DNA of 64,000 bases from NCBI GenBank assembly GCA_038496445.1, contig JALMLS010000320.1:124001-188000 (forward strand), in the 5' to 3' direction. The DNA is from Trichosphaerium sp. ATCC 40318 (lineage: Eukaryota; Protista; Tubulinea). The position numbers and the translations under genes were made by a program. This document shows positions 10,634 through 23,821 of this stretch, one piece after another. The first letter of the stretch is position 1; each line of letters opens with the position of its first letter. Under the pieces are notes generated by a model. The model ran no database searches. It saw only the letters and a list, made by a program, of their open reading frames with translations, and was not told where the DNA came from.

Positions 10634-11261
10634 GGACAGTTGTATATATGACACAGAACGCAGTAGCTGTCTGGTCACCAGCATAAAAATAAATACAAAA
10701 ATATTACACCAAGTACTATTCAAGAGTCTCATATTTACTTATTGCCACAGTGAAGACGCCAAAGGGCCACACACTTATTTTTCTGAGAGTGTAGTTGTCT
10801 GCCATCTTTGGCTTTGTCATCTCTTTCAAAGTGTGAACAAAAGTTCTATTGGGTACAATACAGTATAGTGCTTTTCAACTTAGCTACTACTTGACAGTAG
10901 TCTCGTGTTCTTTTTGTTTTACAATAGTACGCTACTCATTGCGTATACACTTTGACCAGCTGTGTTCATGAGCTTCATTATCAAAAATAATGTATAGTCT
11001 GCGCGACAGAAGGGTAACTTTAGTAGGGTCCTTCATGTAGAGCAATTTACACATGTGCAACAACAGTGCTTGCAATCATAAATACAAAAAGCGTGCCTAA
11101 AGTTAGCACTTTTGCCTAGTTGGAGAATACCATGTATGTGCGAACTGTTCCATTCATGTTTATCCATAAACAAAGCCCTGAAAACCTGTAACAGTTTTTT
11201 TTAGACCCTTTGCGTTAAAGCAAAGAACAATTAGTGTACCACAAGTAGTTGCAAAAAAATA

Positions 11262-11588
11262 TGTCAGGGTTCGTAAAGCGGTCCTACGACGGCCTACCGG
11301 GCAACCCTTCGACAGAATATCAATCTTGCCGGAACACTTTTACCAGAAGTCGTGAGACAAATGGTGGGTAGCTAAGCCGGTGTACAGGAGACGAGCTGAG
11401 CCGCCGTTAGTCGTTATAACATTTAGTCCGTTAGGCCCGTACTCCCCGGCACGTGAGTACTTTGTTGGGGCCAGATTTTACCGGGGTCTAAACCGTACGC
11501 TCAGCTAAGCCAATCTCCTTGATATTTAATATCAACGATTATCCTTATAAACACGTACAATCATCCAAAAAATAAATTATGGGATACA
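11262..11588 (+). other. GC-rich structured island (solo-LTR-like or ncRNA candidate)
   Basis: Elevated GC, TGT...ACA ends, TTATAA and AATAAA near the 3' end, and nested hairpins (gtactc/gagtac, ggccc/gggcc, agctgagc/gctcagct). No target-site duplication was found. Confidence 0.3.
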
Positions 11589-13029
11589 GTTCAATGAAAT
11601 GTCTATTTCAATTACTCAAATATGGATAATGCGCTTTTCAAACACGCATAAGCCCTTGCGGTAGCTACTTACTTAGATAAAACGGTATCAACGATGTTTT
11701 GGTTCGAAAAATGTGCAAGCGAAGTGATTAATTCTTTCTGCTTGTGTACTCAACTATAGGTGCTAATGGCCTTAGCTCGTTCGTTTGCACAGCAAAAAGG
11801 GAATATGAGAGGATATTCTTTGAACTGAATCGCTTTGAAAGTAGAAAACAACGATTCGAACTTGTGAGGCGAACTGGTTTTTTTTTCCTTTTTCACTAAA
11901 AGATGTCGTTTCATTTGTACGTGGTCGTTGAGGCTTTTTACGGAATCACCTGCCATGCCTTACAACGAACGAAATAGTATTCGCAATTGGTTTAGAAGTG
12001 CAATCAGTACCTTATCAGTGCGGTATAAACATATGCCAGGCTGTTGCAACAAGTTTTTAGCAAAAACCGATGAAAACTCCTCATGAAACTATCCAATGGC
12101 TCCCAACGGCCTTAGTCGCGTATAATATGCACCGTTCAGTTCTACGACGAAAGGGTTTTATATTTTATCAACAGGTGTTCGTGTATAAATACTGCAACTC
12201 AAGTTAGCCAAATGTGAGAAGCTTAATCGCCTTTAATGGTCGTCCTGTACCAGTAATACCTATAGTAAGGGCTCTTTTATGAGAAAGGTTGTGATGCTGT
12301 AAGCTTAGTTTGATATCACGTATTGTCAGTACTTGCTTTTTTGCGATGTGAACAGACACCGCACGCGTATTCGCCATCAACCGAACTAGTTTTATTGTAA
12401 ACTCGCGTTTGTGCTTTGACATGTACTGCCATCAAAATTAAAACTACCACACGGATCAACAAGGCCAAAGACCTTTTAGGAACAAATAAAACTAAAAATA
12501 AACCAGGAGTCAGGGTTTTTAAAAGCAATAGTGAACAATAGTGGCTTTTAGAGCTGTAGATGTTATAGCATATATAACGATACGAAGTAGTGTTGTTTCG
12601 TCATAGGAGTCTTGCCTAATGTGGGTTCTTGTCCAAGAAAACCTGAAAATGAAAAGAAATAGTCGCTGATGTAATAATATTCTTTAGCGGTTTTATACGC
12701 GTAGTGATAAAGTTGGTCGTTTTTAGAAGGTGCAATTGGGAAGTTCTAACCCAGAAAGTCGAGATGTTATGTAATTATTTCTTTTTACTTTTCAACGTTC
12801 TGTACAGCGTTTTTTTCACTAGTGTATGACGCTATGAGTATTTGTAGTTTTACTAGAACAATGTTGACATTCGCTTTTTCTGGGCGTTATATTCATACCT
12901 TTAAAACACAAAAATACGCAACGTTCGTTCAACCAAACTACGTTACTTGTTTAACTAAGGGAGAATTGGCTGCACATAGATTTTTTGTATAATACCTTGT
13001 GCTGGAGTGTTCCTCTGCTTATATAAAAG

Positions 13030-15039
13030 ATGACCACGCCTAAACCAGCTATGAGAGTCCCAGAAGAGGAGGAAGACATTTTTACTGACCGCGATCTGAT
13101 AAACGACAGATACGAAGTGGTGAAGCGTTTGGGCAAAGGAGGCTATGGTAATACTTTTAGCTACATGTAGCGTTTTTATTAGGCCTTTTCTTGCCTGTAC
13201 AGCGATCTTTTTAATTGGTTGTAATTGTTTGTGAAGGTGAAATTTACCAAGCACGAGATGTTACAAATGGCCAACTTGTTGCGGTCAAAGTGGAACGCGT
13301 AACCAAACCCGGCAATTTGTTGGAGGAAGAAAAAATTCTGCGGTCCCTGAACGGTAAGTACCCCTTTATATATCAATGGGGAGCGCGAATTCGTAAAAAA
13401 CAAAACTAAAACTAAAACGCGTTCGTTTGTACTTTTTTTTCGTTGTTTGCATTTGGACTTTGGGCTCATGTGTTGGTTTAGAACGCGGAGCACACTACGT
13501 TCCTCGATTGATCAGTTCAGGCCGCCACAACGACATGGTGAACTTTATCGTCATGGAGCTTCTTGGCGAAAATTTATCCGTATTACGGTTCGTTTGAGCG
13601 TATATGGATGCCCTCAGTGTGACTTGTTGTTTAGGAGACGACAACCAACACATAAATTCTCCAAACTCACCACAATGGCTCTTGGTTTGCAAATGCTGCG
13701 TGCAATAAAAGAAGTACACGATTTGGGTTATATTCACAGAGATATTAAGCCTGTACGATGATTCAAAGACGATTTTTTGGGTTTTTTTTGTTTTTTCGGT
13801 TTTCCTCACCTGCTTTTTAACTATTTGTCCTCAATCACTCATATTTTCTACAGGGCAATTTTGTTATGGGTTCTGCTGCAACTGATACAGAGCGTACTGT
13901 AATGTTAATCGATTTTGGTCTTTCAAGACGTCATTTCCGCCCAGAGGGTGGTGTACGACCTGTACGTTTGTTTTTATATTATATTTTTAGAAGTATGATG
14001 GTGCAAAACTTTATTTTTGGGCGTTTTTGGCGTTCAGAAAGTAAAAGCTTACTTTGATGTTTAGAAGCGAAAATGTGCCCGTTGGGTGGGCAGTCGCCGT
14101 TATATGTCGATAAATACTCACCAACGTAAAGACCAAGGGCGTCGCGATGACTTATGGTCTCTTCTTTACGTTTTTATCGAATTTTACACCGCAACTCTTC
14201 CTTGGGCGCATTTACGTGGTATTCAGAACCTGGTACGTTGTAGTTTGATTTTTTTCTACTGGATAGTAGGCCTTCTAGAAGGTTTTGTTTTTTTTGTTCG
14301 AAAAATAGTGTTGACGCCATTAAAGGATAATGTCCGGGATATGAAAATTCAGTATAATAATGAAAAACTTGTAAAGAACTGTCCTGAAGAGTTCTTAAAG
14401 TTTATGAATCACATTAAAGAGCTCCGGTATGAAGACCGTCCTGACTATGATTATTTGATGAATCTTCTTTCGAAACTGTTCGATGATGATGGTGGTACGT
14501 TGTTTGTAGCTGTGCAATCAGTTTTTATTGTATTGGATTTATGTTGGTTCTCTTTATACTCATGCTTTGTTGTTTAGGTGACGAATCATTTAAATTTGAC
14601 TGGGAACAACCAGAGCCTAGAAAGGACGAGGATAGCATGGATTATGATCCTGGTAGACGGTACGCTGATAGGTTTTTTTTTATTTTAATTTAATTTGCGT
14701 ATTTCACTGTGCTAAATACTTTTCTAGACCTGAGGTACGCACTGGAGGGAAGGACTCTGGTAGTATTGAAGAAAAGGATAAGCGTAGAACGCTTCATCCT
14801 TCAGGCAATGAACGTGTACTCACAAACAAATTGGTAAGGGACTTTTTTTTCTGGCAGTTGAGAAACTTTTATTTTAACACGTGTACCACCTGACACGTGT
14901 AATTTTTGAACAAAAAAGAAACCTCGCGTATACTCTTTTCATGTTCTTATGATTTGTTCTTTAGCCCGAAGACAGCGATCCTAGAAATCGTAAAAAGAAG
15001 AAGAGGAAAGGCTGGAAGAAAAAATGTACCATAATGTAA
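13030..15039 (+). CDS. Casein kinase 1 group (TTBK-like) Ser/Thr kinase, multi-exon, C-terminal CaaX
   Basis: LGKGGYG, VAVKVE, IHRDIKP, LIDFGLS, GSRRYMS, QGRRDDLWSL and EDRPDYDYL. The protein ends KKKKRKGWKKKCTIM*. Confidence 0.92.
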
Positions 15040-15426
15040 ATTTTATCCGCGACTTGTATTTATTACGCACTATTATGACAATATAAACAAATACAAGAGA
15101 CGTTACATCTAATACAAGGGTTGTTGGGTTTTTTTATTCCAATAGGAAAAAGAGGAATGGCGTAAAGCGGGCTAGAAAGACTGTTCCTCGTTCGCTCTTT
15201 CGAGTGTATCTTGTCCATCTCGTGAATATTGCCGTTAAATCACTGAAACACATTGTGTCACTAGCATAGAACAATTACATTCTCAGGTTACGTTCTGTTA
15301 TCGCCAAACAGTAAGTACTCGCGCGTATTGGTTTGCAATTAGGAGAGCAACTTAGCTGTTTGGACTAAACTTAGCTTATACAGTTAGATAGCAACTTAGT
15401 TGTAAACCAAGGCTCCGTTGATATAA

Positions 15427-16641
15427 ATGCAGAGTAGTGTAGCTGATCCTGATGCTAAACGGGTGTTAATGTACGCTTTTTGAAGTATAAACGTTCAAAA
15501 ACGTATAACAATACCTGATTTGATTTTGCGCGCTCTTAGAACGCCTAATAAACCATTTTGATAGTGATTTGTACGATTTTGTGTTAATTTCGTTTCTAGC
15601 AACGCACTACACGTTAAAACGCTCACATCGTTTCGCGATCTCCCAAAAGAGATCATTGGCGTCATTTTAACCTATTTAAAGTACTCAAGGTTCGAAGCAG
15701 CACAAACATGTCAATTATGGGCCAAAATCATACATAATAGCGTAGGGTACATACGTGTACGTACAAAAACAGATGAAGACGTTTTAAGAATTTCAATGTT
15801 TGACGGAATCCTCCGAAACACAAAGATCTTTTGTCATCCTAATATAACAGATAACGCCGTTAAATCAATAAGAAAAGCATGCAATATAACATTTGAAGAT
15901 TGCTTAGAAATAACAGATGATAGCATTGGATTACTTGAAAACATAAAAACGATTCATTTATGGAACTGTACACAAGTCACAGATGAAGGGATTAAGTCAT
16001 TAAAAAAAGTTCATACATTCAGTTGTTTCCAGAATAAAAATATAACAAACAAAGGACTTGAGATACTATCAGGTAGTGCTTATAAAGTAAGTATAAGTAG
16101 ATGTAATTTATTCTCCGATGAAGGTGTAAAACATCTTGCTGGTGTACATACGGTTATTCTTTATGGAGCTAATATAACAGATGATGGTGTTAAGTACCTA
16201 TCTGGTTCATATAAGGTTATGTTGGATGGTTGTTATCATATCACTGATGTTGGCGTTGAAGCTCTTTCTGGTGTTCATACTATAAGTATAAACTGGTGTT
16301 TTAATGTTACTGATAAAGGTGTAAAGTATCTTGCTGGAGCACATTATATTGGTATTGCTGAGTGCAGTCTTGTTACTGATGTTGGTGTTAAATCTTTGGC
16401 TGGTGTACATACTATTGATTTGAGCGGGTGTAAGAATGTTACAGATGAAGGTATTATGGCTTTAAAAGGTGTTCATCGTATCTCACTTACACATTGTAAT
16501 CTTGTAACTGATAGAGGTATAAGTTCACTTGTTGGTGTTCATACTATAAAGTTATATGGTACATCTGTTACTGATGAAGGTATAAAACAGTTAAAAGGTG
16601 TACATAAAGTGATAAGGAAAAAACCAAAGCATATTCAGTAA
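15427..16641 (+). CDS. F-box + LRR protein (one intron, 15471-15599)
   Basis: Exon 1 MQSSVADPDAKRVL joins in frame to FRDLPKEIIGVIL...QTCQLW (F-box), followed by GVHTI-type LRRs. Confidence 0.88.
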
Positions 16642-16776
16642 AGAACATTTTTGTCTTAGGTAGGCTTGTTGTAATTATGATTTACCTTGTCACGCTTCCA
16701 AGTAAAAAAATACTACTGATTGATTGTACTTGATGGTCACATTATGACAGTTCTGAAAAACTTATTTAACACCAAC

Positions 16777-16890
16777 ACAATGACCAGTGTACCAGAAGAA
16801 GCCATATGTGATGTCTCACCAAATGAAATACTTCTAGCTATTTTGATATGAGCGTTTTGTCAAAATGGGTGTGCGTTCAACTCACACATT
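16777..16890 (+). pseudogene. Decayed F-box-like fragment
   Basis: MTSVPEEAICDVSPNEILLAILI* resembles the DLPNEIL F-box start of the neighbouring genes but stops prematurely. Confidence 0.3.
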
Positions 16891-17448
16891 TCTTGAATTA
16901 GCTTGTTCAAGGAAAATAAACATTGTTAAAACTTGTCGTTACTACTAATGCCTGGTCTGTTTCTATCAAAACAAATCACGTGGTGTTTTACAAGTTTGTT
17001 GTTAGGTGCAGAAATAACGCCCAAGGCGAAAGAGCGACATCAAAACATCCAACATATCTTGAGCCTTGTTTAGTTACTCAAGTCTATTGTATAGCTCTAA
17101 ACGATTGGTTGAATTGTTTTGTGAGTTAATTATCACAGTGAGTGGAAGTATGTTGCTTTTCGGTATTAACAAATATGCCAAATTGTAATTGGAAGACACT
17201 ATTCTTAAAGGCTCTTATGATTGTATCTTACATAGCTCATTTTGCTACTAGACAATAAATCACTTGTGAATAGCTTAGGTAAAACAAAGCCTTGTTCTCC
17301 CGATGTAATTTGTTTCTAAACAGTTGGATGTGACACAATTGTGAGTCTTTGTTTCCTTGCCATTGGCTGAAATATTTCAAGTGAAACGTGACTGTGTATT
17401 TTTTTATTGAAGAAAATTAGATTGATGATTCTTAGAGTTGTTGTTAGT

Positions 17449-18724
17449 CTAGAACTCAAACTCCATCCATGTCTCATTTTCAAATAGCCAAGTCTTGGGT
17501 GCTTTTATGTAGTGTACATCCACTTTGGCATCTCTTAACACATTAACAGCTTCTTCTGTAACATTGACGCAATTCTCAACGTAAATTGAATGTACACCTT
17601 TTAAGTCTTTTATGCCCTTGTCTGTTATTTGTTCACAACCTTTAAGAGTAATACTATGACAACCTCCCAGCGCTTTGATTCCTTCATCAGTTACTGGTGT
17701 ACAAGATAGATCGATGGTATGAACGCCTTCAAGTGCTTTTAATCCTTCACTTGTTATGCTTTTACATCCGCGAATATTAATGCTGTGAACACCTTCTAGA
17801 GCTTTGATGCCTTCATCACTTACTGAAGTATTACATAAAGTAATGGTGTGTACTCCTCCTAGCGCCTTGATGCCTTCATCGCTTACTGGTGTACAAGATA
17901 GATCAATGGTATGTACACCAGCAATCTGTTGTAGCGCTTCAACTGTCACTTGACAATTGCAAAGGCTAATTGAATGAACGCCTTTTAGCGCCTTGATGCC
18001 TTCTCCTGTTACTGGAGTATTTGATAGATCTATAGTATGAACGCCAGCAAGTTTGCTTATGCTGTCATCTGTTATTTGCTTACATCCTCCAAGTTTAATA
18101 GTATGAACACCACCAAGTTTGCTTATGCTTTCATCTGTTATTTGCCTACATCCTCCAAGTTTAATAGTATGAACACCAGTCAGTGCTTCGACGCCTTCAT
18201 CTGATATCAAGGGGGAACAACTAAGATCAATAGTATGAACGCCAGCAAGTGCTTTTAAGCTTTCATCAGTTGCCCACGTTGCACGAAGGTCAATTGTATG
18301 AACACCAGATAACAACTTGATTCCGTCATCTGAAACATTTGTACAACCATGGAGGTCAATAGAATGAATACCAGGAGTAATTGATTCTAGATCATAGTTG
18401 GTACATTTATTTGTCATTCTAAAGTTTTTACATCCTGCCAATAACGAGTAAATACTGAAGCGCTTAATTTTACATAGTGAAATCTGACTATTGTTCATCA
18501 CGCCCTTATACTCTCTTATCTTTAGAATATCTTGTATATTTGAAGGGAACACGTGTTTGTACCCAATAATATCATGAATAATATCAGCAAAAACGGTACA
18601 AGATTGAGCAGCAGAATATCTTGAACGTGACTCTGTGTAGTCTATAATATTTGAAAGAACCTCATTTGGAAGATCTAGAATACTCTTTTCTTTTTCAGGG
18701 ACCTCCGCAGGACCACTACTTCAT
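17449..18724 (-). CDS. Intronless F-box + LRR protein (start codon appears 1 nt out of frame)
   Basis: The open frame upstream of the tracked ORF reads SILDLPNEVLSNII...QSCTVFADII (F-box), then about 13 GVHTIDL LRRs. The ATG at 18724 reads ATG AAG TAG unless one A is removed. Confidence 0.8.
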
Positions 18725-18962
18725 GTTTGAAGTTAGAAGCAATTGATATGATTTACAAAATCAAAAACTTCCAGGAAAACAGCACATAGTTTTAGGTCAT
18801 TTTGAAGTTTATAAAAAGTCAAGTACTACCCTTAAGAATAAGCCTTATACACGAAGTTGTACTTGCCCGTCATACAAACCTCAAACATAAACTCATGCAA
18901 AAGGGTAATTGTGATTTTCTTTACGAAAGGCCAACAGGTTGGGACTTTAAAAAGCAAATCTC

Positions 18963-19232
18963 TTACCGTTTTTTTTGTTTGATTCTTGGAAGCTCAAGGT
19001 CATCAATCCTGTCTGAAGATACAGCCTCGCGATTATTGGTACCAGTGTTGTGTTTGTAGAGAACGCTATCAAGTTGTTTTACTAACTTGGCGTTTATAGC
19101 GTTCAAAATACTCTCAACCTGTTTTACTAGCGATTGGTGTTGTAACGGGGTTTTTCTTTTATTGTATTCTTCCGCATGGTTCTCGCTATAGTATTTTAAT
19201 ACCTGTTGTGCTGAAACACCCAAACAACTCAT
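18963..19232 (-). CDS. Small hypothetical protein (possibly a first exon)
   Basis: 89-aa ATG-initiated ORF with CACGTG about 50 nt upstream, ending at a GTAAG donor-like site. Confidence 0.4.
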   Translation of the reverse strand: MSCLGVSAQQVLKYYSENHAEEYNKRKTPLQHQSLVKQVESILNAINAKLVKQLDSVLYKHNTGTNNREAVSSDRIDDLELPRIKQKKR

Positions 19233-19649
19233 GCTTCACGTAGATGTGAGGATTATGATTAAATAACTGATTTTAAGCCACGTGTAAAAAACGTGTTTCA
19301 AAATTGTTGTGTAGCACAAATGTTACCAGTTGTACACGCAATACACGCATAATCCAGTATTAAACCTTCCGCTCAAGATAACAATTGATACTGTTGATTT
19401 AAATCCTTGAGTATACTTAAAATAGCCATTGATCGCCCAAACAAGCTGCGACAGTGACGAGATTTGATCCCAATTTGAAGGCCATTATGGAACACAGATG
19501 TCATGCCTGTATCAACAAACTATCATTTCTATCACCAGTGAGTGTTAATGTGTGATTCAACTGGTATATTCGATCATTTAACTTTCATTTTCGGAGAGCG
19601 AAGGGTGCATTGTGAAGATGTTTAATAAAAACTACAACAAGTTTTTACT

Positions 19650-22153
19650 TTACAGGATTGCGATCTCACCAGCAGGTTTAATCCAGCGAATTTGATTGGT
19701 CCTAGTACCACCCAAAAAGTTATGTGGGAAAGGAAGCTTGTAGTCTACAATCTTATCCAAACGATCCATGTGATCTAGCGAAAAGAGAAGAATTTAAGAG
19801 CGTGTTTTAATCAAAACAAAAAAAAAGAAAAAAGCAAGAACTAGAGCTACCTTGAGTGAGTCTGAATTTACTCTCCAAAGCACCGATATTATCTTCTAAA
19901 TGCCGAACTTTCGATACGCCAACAATAGCAGAAGTGGTACCACGTTGCTGGAGTATCCAGTTCAAAGACACTTGTGATGGGGTACATCGAAGTTCTTTTG
20001 AAATTTTGACGAGTTCATCAGCAATATCATAGTCTTTTTCAGTCATCTCAACTATTCTCTGACCTTCACCTGCCTGTTGCAATACTGTTAATATACAAAA
20101 CACAAGCAATAATACTCGTACTTCTTGCCCACGTAAAAATCTTCCGGTATACTTTCCAGCACCTAAAACACTCCATGGTACGCTACCTAGGCCCATTTGA
20201 TTGGCCATTGGCAGAATATCTGACTGTAAATCTCTGTCGCCTACATTATGGCGTCCTTGGTAGGCTATAAACTTACTAATTGAAGTCAAAATCGTAGCTT
20301 AAAAGGTCAAAGATTCATCCAGCGTGAACAACTTAAAACAGCTATACTTATGTCCATCCTCTTACTTGAGCAATAGATTGAGCAGAAGAAACTACCCATG
20401 CTGGTGTATCTGATATACCAATGTATCGAACTTTACCTGAACGAACCTAAAACATGTTAAAAAACACAACATCAACACGTGTTTTTCGTTCAATAATGAA
20501 CTACTACATACCAAGTCGTCCAATCCGCGCATTACTTCTTCAATTGGTGTAGTATAGTCCCACATATGTAGATATAAAAGATCCTAATGTCATAAGTATC
20601 ACGTGCAATCTAAAAACACTACAAAAACATACAATATACGTTGTTCTTAGTCTCTTCAATGACAAGTCTATGGAGTACATCATATTCGTTCTTGAATTTC
20701 CGCCATGGTTTATATTCATCGATTCACCAATCTTAGGGCCTGAAAACTTTGTGGCAATTACGAGCTAGCAAACAAAAAAGTGAGTTTTTCTATCAAGAGC
20801 CAAAAAACAGAGTCCGTACAGGGCTGAAACTAAATAAGGCTTTTTTTGCAAAAGCCATTTTTTTGCCACCAAATACAGCCTTATTTTTCACCAAATTGCC
20901 TTGTTTTTGCCAAAAAAAATGGGCAAATATGAGGCATTGCCTTGTAATTTTGGGCTTTGAAGCCTCATATTTGGGCCAAATAGCAAGCAACTGGTTCACT
21001 AATTAGCCTTAAAATAGCCTGCATTGTTGGTCCAATAATGCCTCATTTTTTGTGCAACAATAAGGCATTTTTGCCCTCAATTTTTGGGCATAACCCAGGC
21101 ACCATATACTCATAAAACAAGGCTTTATATAGGCATACAATAGTGATTCATTTATTAAAGTACAGTACACAAAACACAAAAAACTTCAATGTCCTTCATG
21201 TGAAAAAAAACCTTTAGTTAAAAAAAAAAATTAACAAATTATTGGTATAATTTTCGCGGACTGGAAAAATGGTTTAAAGTACCTATAATCCTGTTGTAGC
21301 TGGATTTGGGTGCTGCGGTTCGAATGGCGGTGGTTTCGTTAGAATCCATAAAATACTAAGCGCGTGGTAACGACGTCTATATAAAACGTCAGTAGTAAAT
21401 GAAAAAAAAATGTTTAGGAAGTGTTGGTGTGGTGGAGACTTACCTTAAACCAATGTATCCTTAATGTACAATGTGTACACAACCAATGCCTAATTGATGC
21501 CTATAAATTTAAGGTTGGCAATGCATAAAAAAACTAGGGCAGGCATTGCCTAAAAAAAACAAGGCATTGCAACAATTAAGGCATTGCCCAACAAAGCCTT
21601 ATTTCAATGCCTGATTTTTGCCTTTTCTGCCATTGCCTTTGCAAAATCAGGCATTGCCATTTTTGCATGCCTGATTTTTGCCATCAATGCCTGATTTTAA
21701 AAAAATGCCTTCATATTTAAGGCAAAGCCTTGTTTAGTTTCAGCCCTGTATTTTTACCTCATCGTGGTTACCAGCTTCTTCCATAAACTCGCCCAGCCAC
21801 TCCTCAGACTGTCCGTTTTGGTAGTTGACTGCAGTATCAAAGAAGTTGCCTCCCTTGGAAATAAAGTGGTTGAAAACCTTATGTGCTTCTTCCTTATCCA
21901 TGTGGATTCCTATAAAAAATGACATTATTTTCAAGGGTATTGAGGCATTTCGTCTCTATCTGAGAGTTGATATTTCACATACCCAACGGCTTCCAAGTTT
22001 GTCCCCATGTCATGGTACCCAAGCACAGAGGTGATACACGAAGGCCTGCCAGTAAGTCAGTATTGTAAGACTTTTTTTAACCGCACCTGAATTGCCTAGT
22101 AGTTGGTACTCACTGAGTCCGCTTTTACGTTCTGGAGACTTGAGGTACGCCAT
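19650..22153 (-). CDS. Aldo-keto reductase (aryl-alcohol dehydrogenase-like), multi-exon
   Basis: LGNSG, LCLGTM, GGNFFDTAVNYQNGQSEEWLG, LVIATKFS, GGNSR, YLHMWDYTTPIEEVMRGLDDL, GKVRYIGISDTPAW and HLEDNIGAL. Confidence 0.92.
20819..21748. mobile_element. Non-autonomous TIR (MITE-like) element, family 1 copy A, inside an AKR intron
   Basis: TIRs CAGGGCTGAAACTAAA(T/C)AAGGCTTT, a TA duplication on both sides, and subterminal GGCATT/AATGCC arrays. About 98% identical to 24285-25213. Confidence 0.92.
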
Positions 22154-22766
22154 ATTTTTCTGATGTGGTGTTATGTGTTTTAGGTTTGTAAACAATAGCA
22201 GGCGTAGGTAAGGAGCAGTTAAGCTTGATTTCAGTGAATCATTGTTTCCACCAAAAAAAAACTGGGTTCCCTAAGAAAACAAACTACTAGAAACCACTAA
22301 CAATAAAGTGTTACCTTTTATAGATTTTTAGGGTTTAGTTACGAATTCCTTTGTCATGAATTCGCTCCGAGGAAATGTGAACCAGCAGCGTTGACAAGTG
22401 GGTTTTAGCTCAGAGAAGTAGGATAAAGTGAAAATGGTGACAAGTGATGTTTGTAAGTGCATTTAGCGTAACTGGAAAGCATCAGTCTAAATAAACATAG
22501 CTGTCATGTATATGAATTTGTTGAGAAAAGATTAAAACAATGTTAATTCATAGGGGAGTGTAGAAGCTTAAACGTGTACGCTATACTGCAAACTTGATAA
22601 AATATCAAAGTGAATCAAGACAACATTTGCTCCAAATAGATTGCTCAAGCATTCAATTTCTATATAGCTAAGTGAGCGACGCTCTTAAAGCCCTATCAAC
22701 CTAACAAGACTGTTTAACCGAGGGCCCGTCACCTCTAACATACATATTGGGTACTGATCACTGTCA

Positions 22767-23821
22767 CAGGTCTAAAAAAATATACCAGTTTTTTTGGTAT
22801 ATACCACTTTTATACCACTTTTTTATACCAGTTTTTTATGGTATATACCAAAAAAAGTGGTATATTTTGACTGAAATATACCAAAAAAAGTGGTATATTG
22901 GCCAAATATACCAACAATATACCAAAAAACAGGTATAAAAGCAGAAAATATACCACTTTTTTTCACCAGAAAAAAAATATACCACTTTTTTATACCACTT
23001 TTTTTAGGTATATACCAGGTATATACCACTTTTTTATACCAGTTTTTCATGGTATATACCACTTTTATATACCACTTTATGCCTACTTATGGTACACCTG
23101 CAATTCCAGAAAATACACTTTATTTAATACACAGTTTGTGAGCTACAAGTTTTGGACAATGTCCACTACAGTTACATTACTATGGGCATCTGGAAAATTC
23201 GTCCATCTCTATGAGCTTGCTGTACCTACTGTAAAAACATGCTGCGCACCTAATGAAAGTGGTCCCACCTGAATCCATCAATTACTAAGGCCTACGGAGG
23301 TCGGTTAATGTATATCAAACGAAAATAAAATAAAACTTTGTCTGGTACCCACGAACGTCTGTATAATACCTGCAATGTATGTTCCTTAATGTTGGTACTG
23401 GAATCAGGTCCTGTGGTTCGAATGAGCTTGGTTTGGTTAGATTCTATGATATACTAAGGTCCCTACGCACCGTTCAATGTATGACGTCTATGATCGTTCA
23501 ACAAGAAAACCCATTACCAAAAAGCTCCTTAATGACCTTCTTGAAGCATACCATAAAAGTGGTATATACCAATAAAAAGGTGGTATATACCACATACCAT
23601 AAAAAAGTGGTATATACCACTTTATATACCATTTTTAGAAGGTCTCATTATGTGAATGAAAAGTGGTATATACCACTTCCATATACCACTTTTTTATTCA
23701 CTTAATTTCTAAAAAAAGTGGTATTTCAAAATGGTATATACCAGTTCATATACCATTTTGTTGAAAAAAGTGGTATATACCATAAAAAAACTGGTATATA
23801 CCACTTTAATTTTTAGACCTG
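22767..23821. mobile_element. Non-autonomous TIR element, family 2
   Basis: Termini CAGGTCTAAAAA...TTTTTAGACCTG with dense subterminal TATACCAC/GTGGTATA arrays at both ends. The target-site duplication is unclear (flanks tcactgtca and ttactgaca, 7/9 match). Confidence 0.85.

Noticed and set aside
11380-11510. RNase P/MRP, telomerase RNA or HDV/hammerhead ribozyme
   Set aside because: The conserved cores (CR-I/CR-V spacing, CUGANGA/GAAA, a full template) do not match.
21305-21335. GGTTCGAAT as part of a tRNA gene
   Set aside because: There is no canonical T-stem closure (G follows instead of C) and no cloverleaf. It is kept only as a B-box-like motif.
22771-23820. TATACCAC arrays as a CRISPR array, or as the Tyr/Lys-rich ORFs in the track
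   Set aside because: The units are short, mixed in orientation and lack unique spacers. They are subterminal repeats of a TIR element, and the ORFs are low-complexity artefacts.
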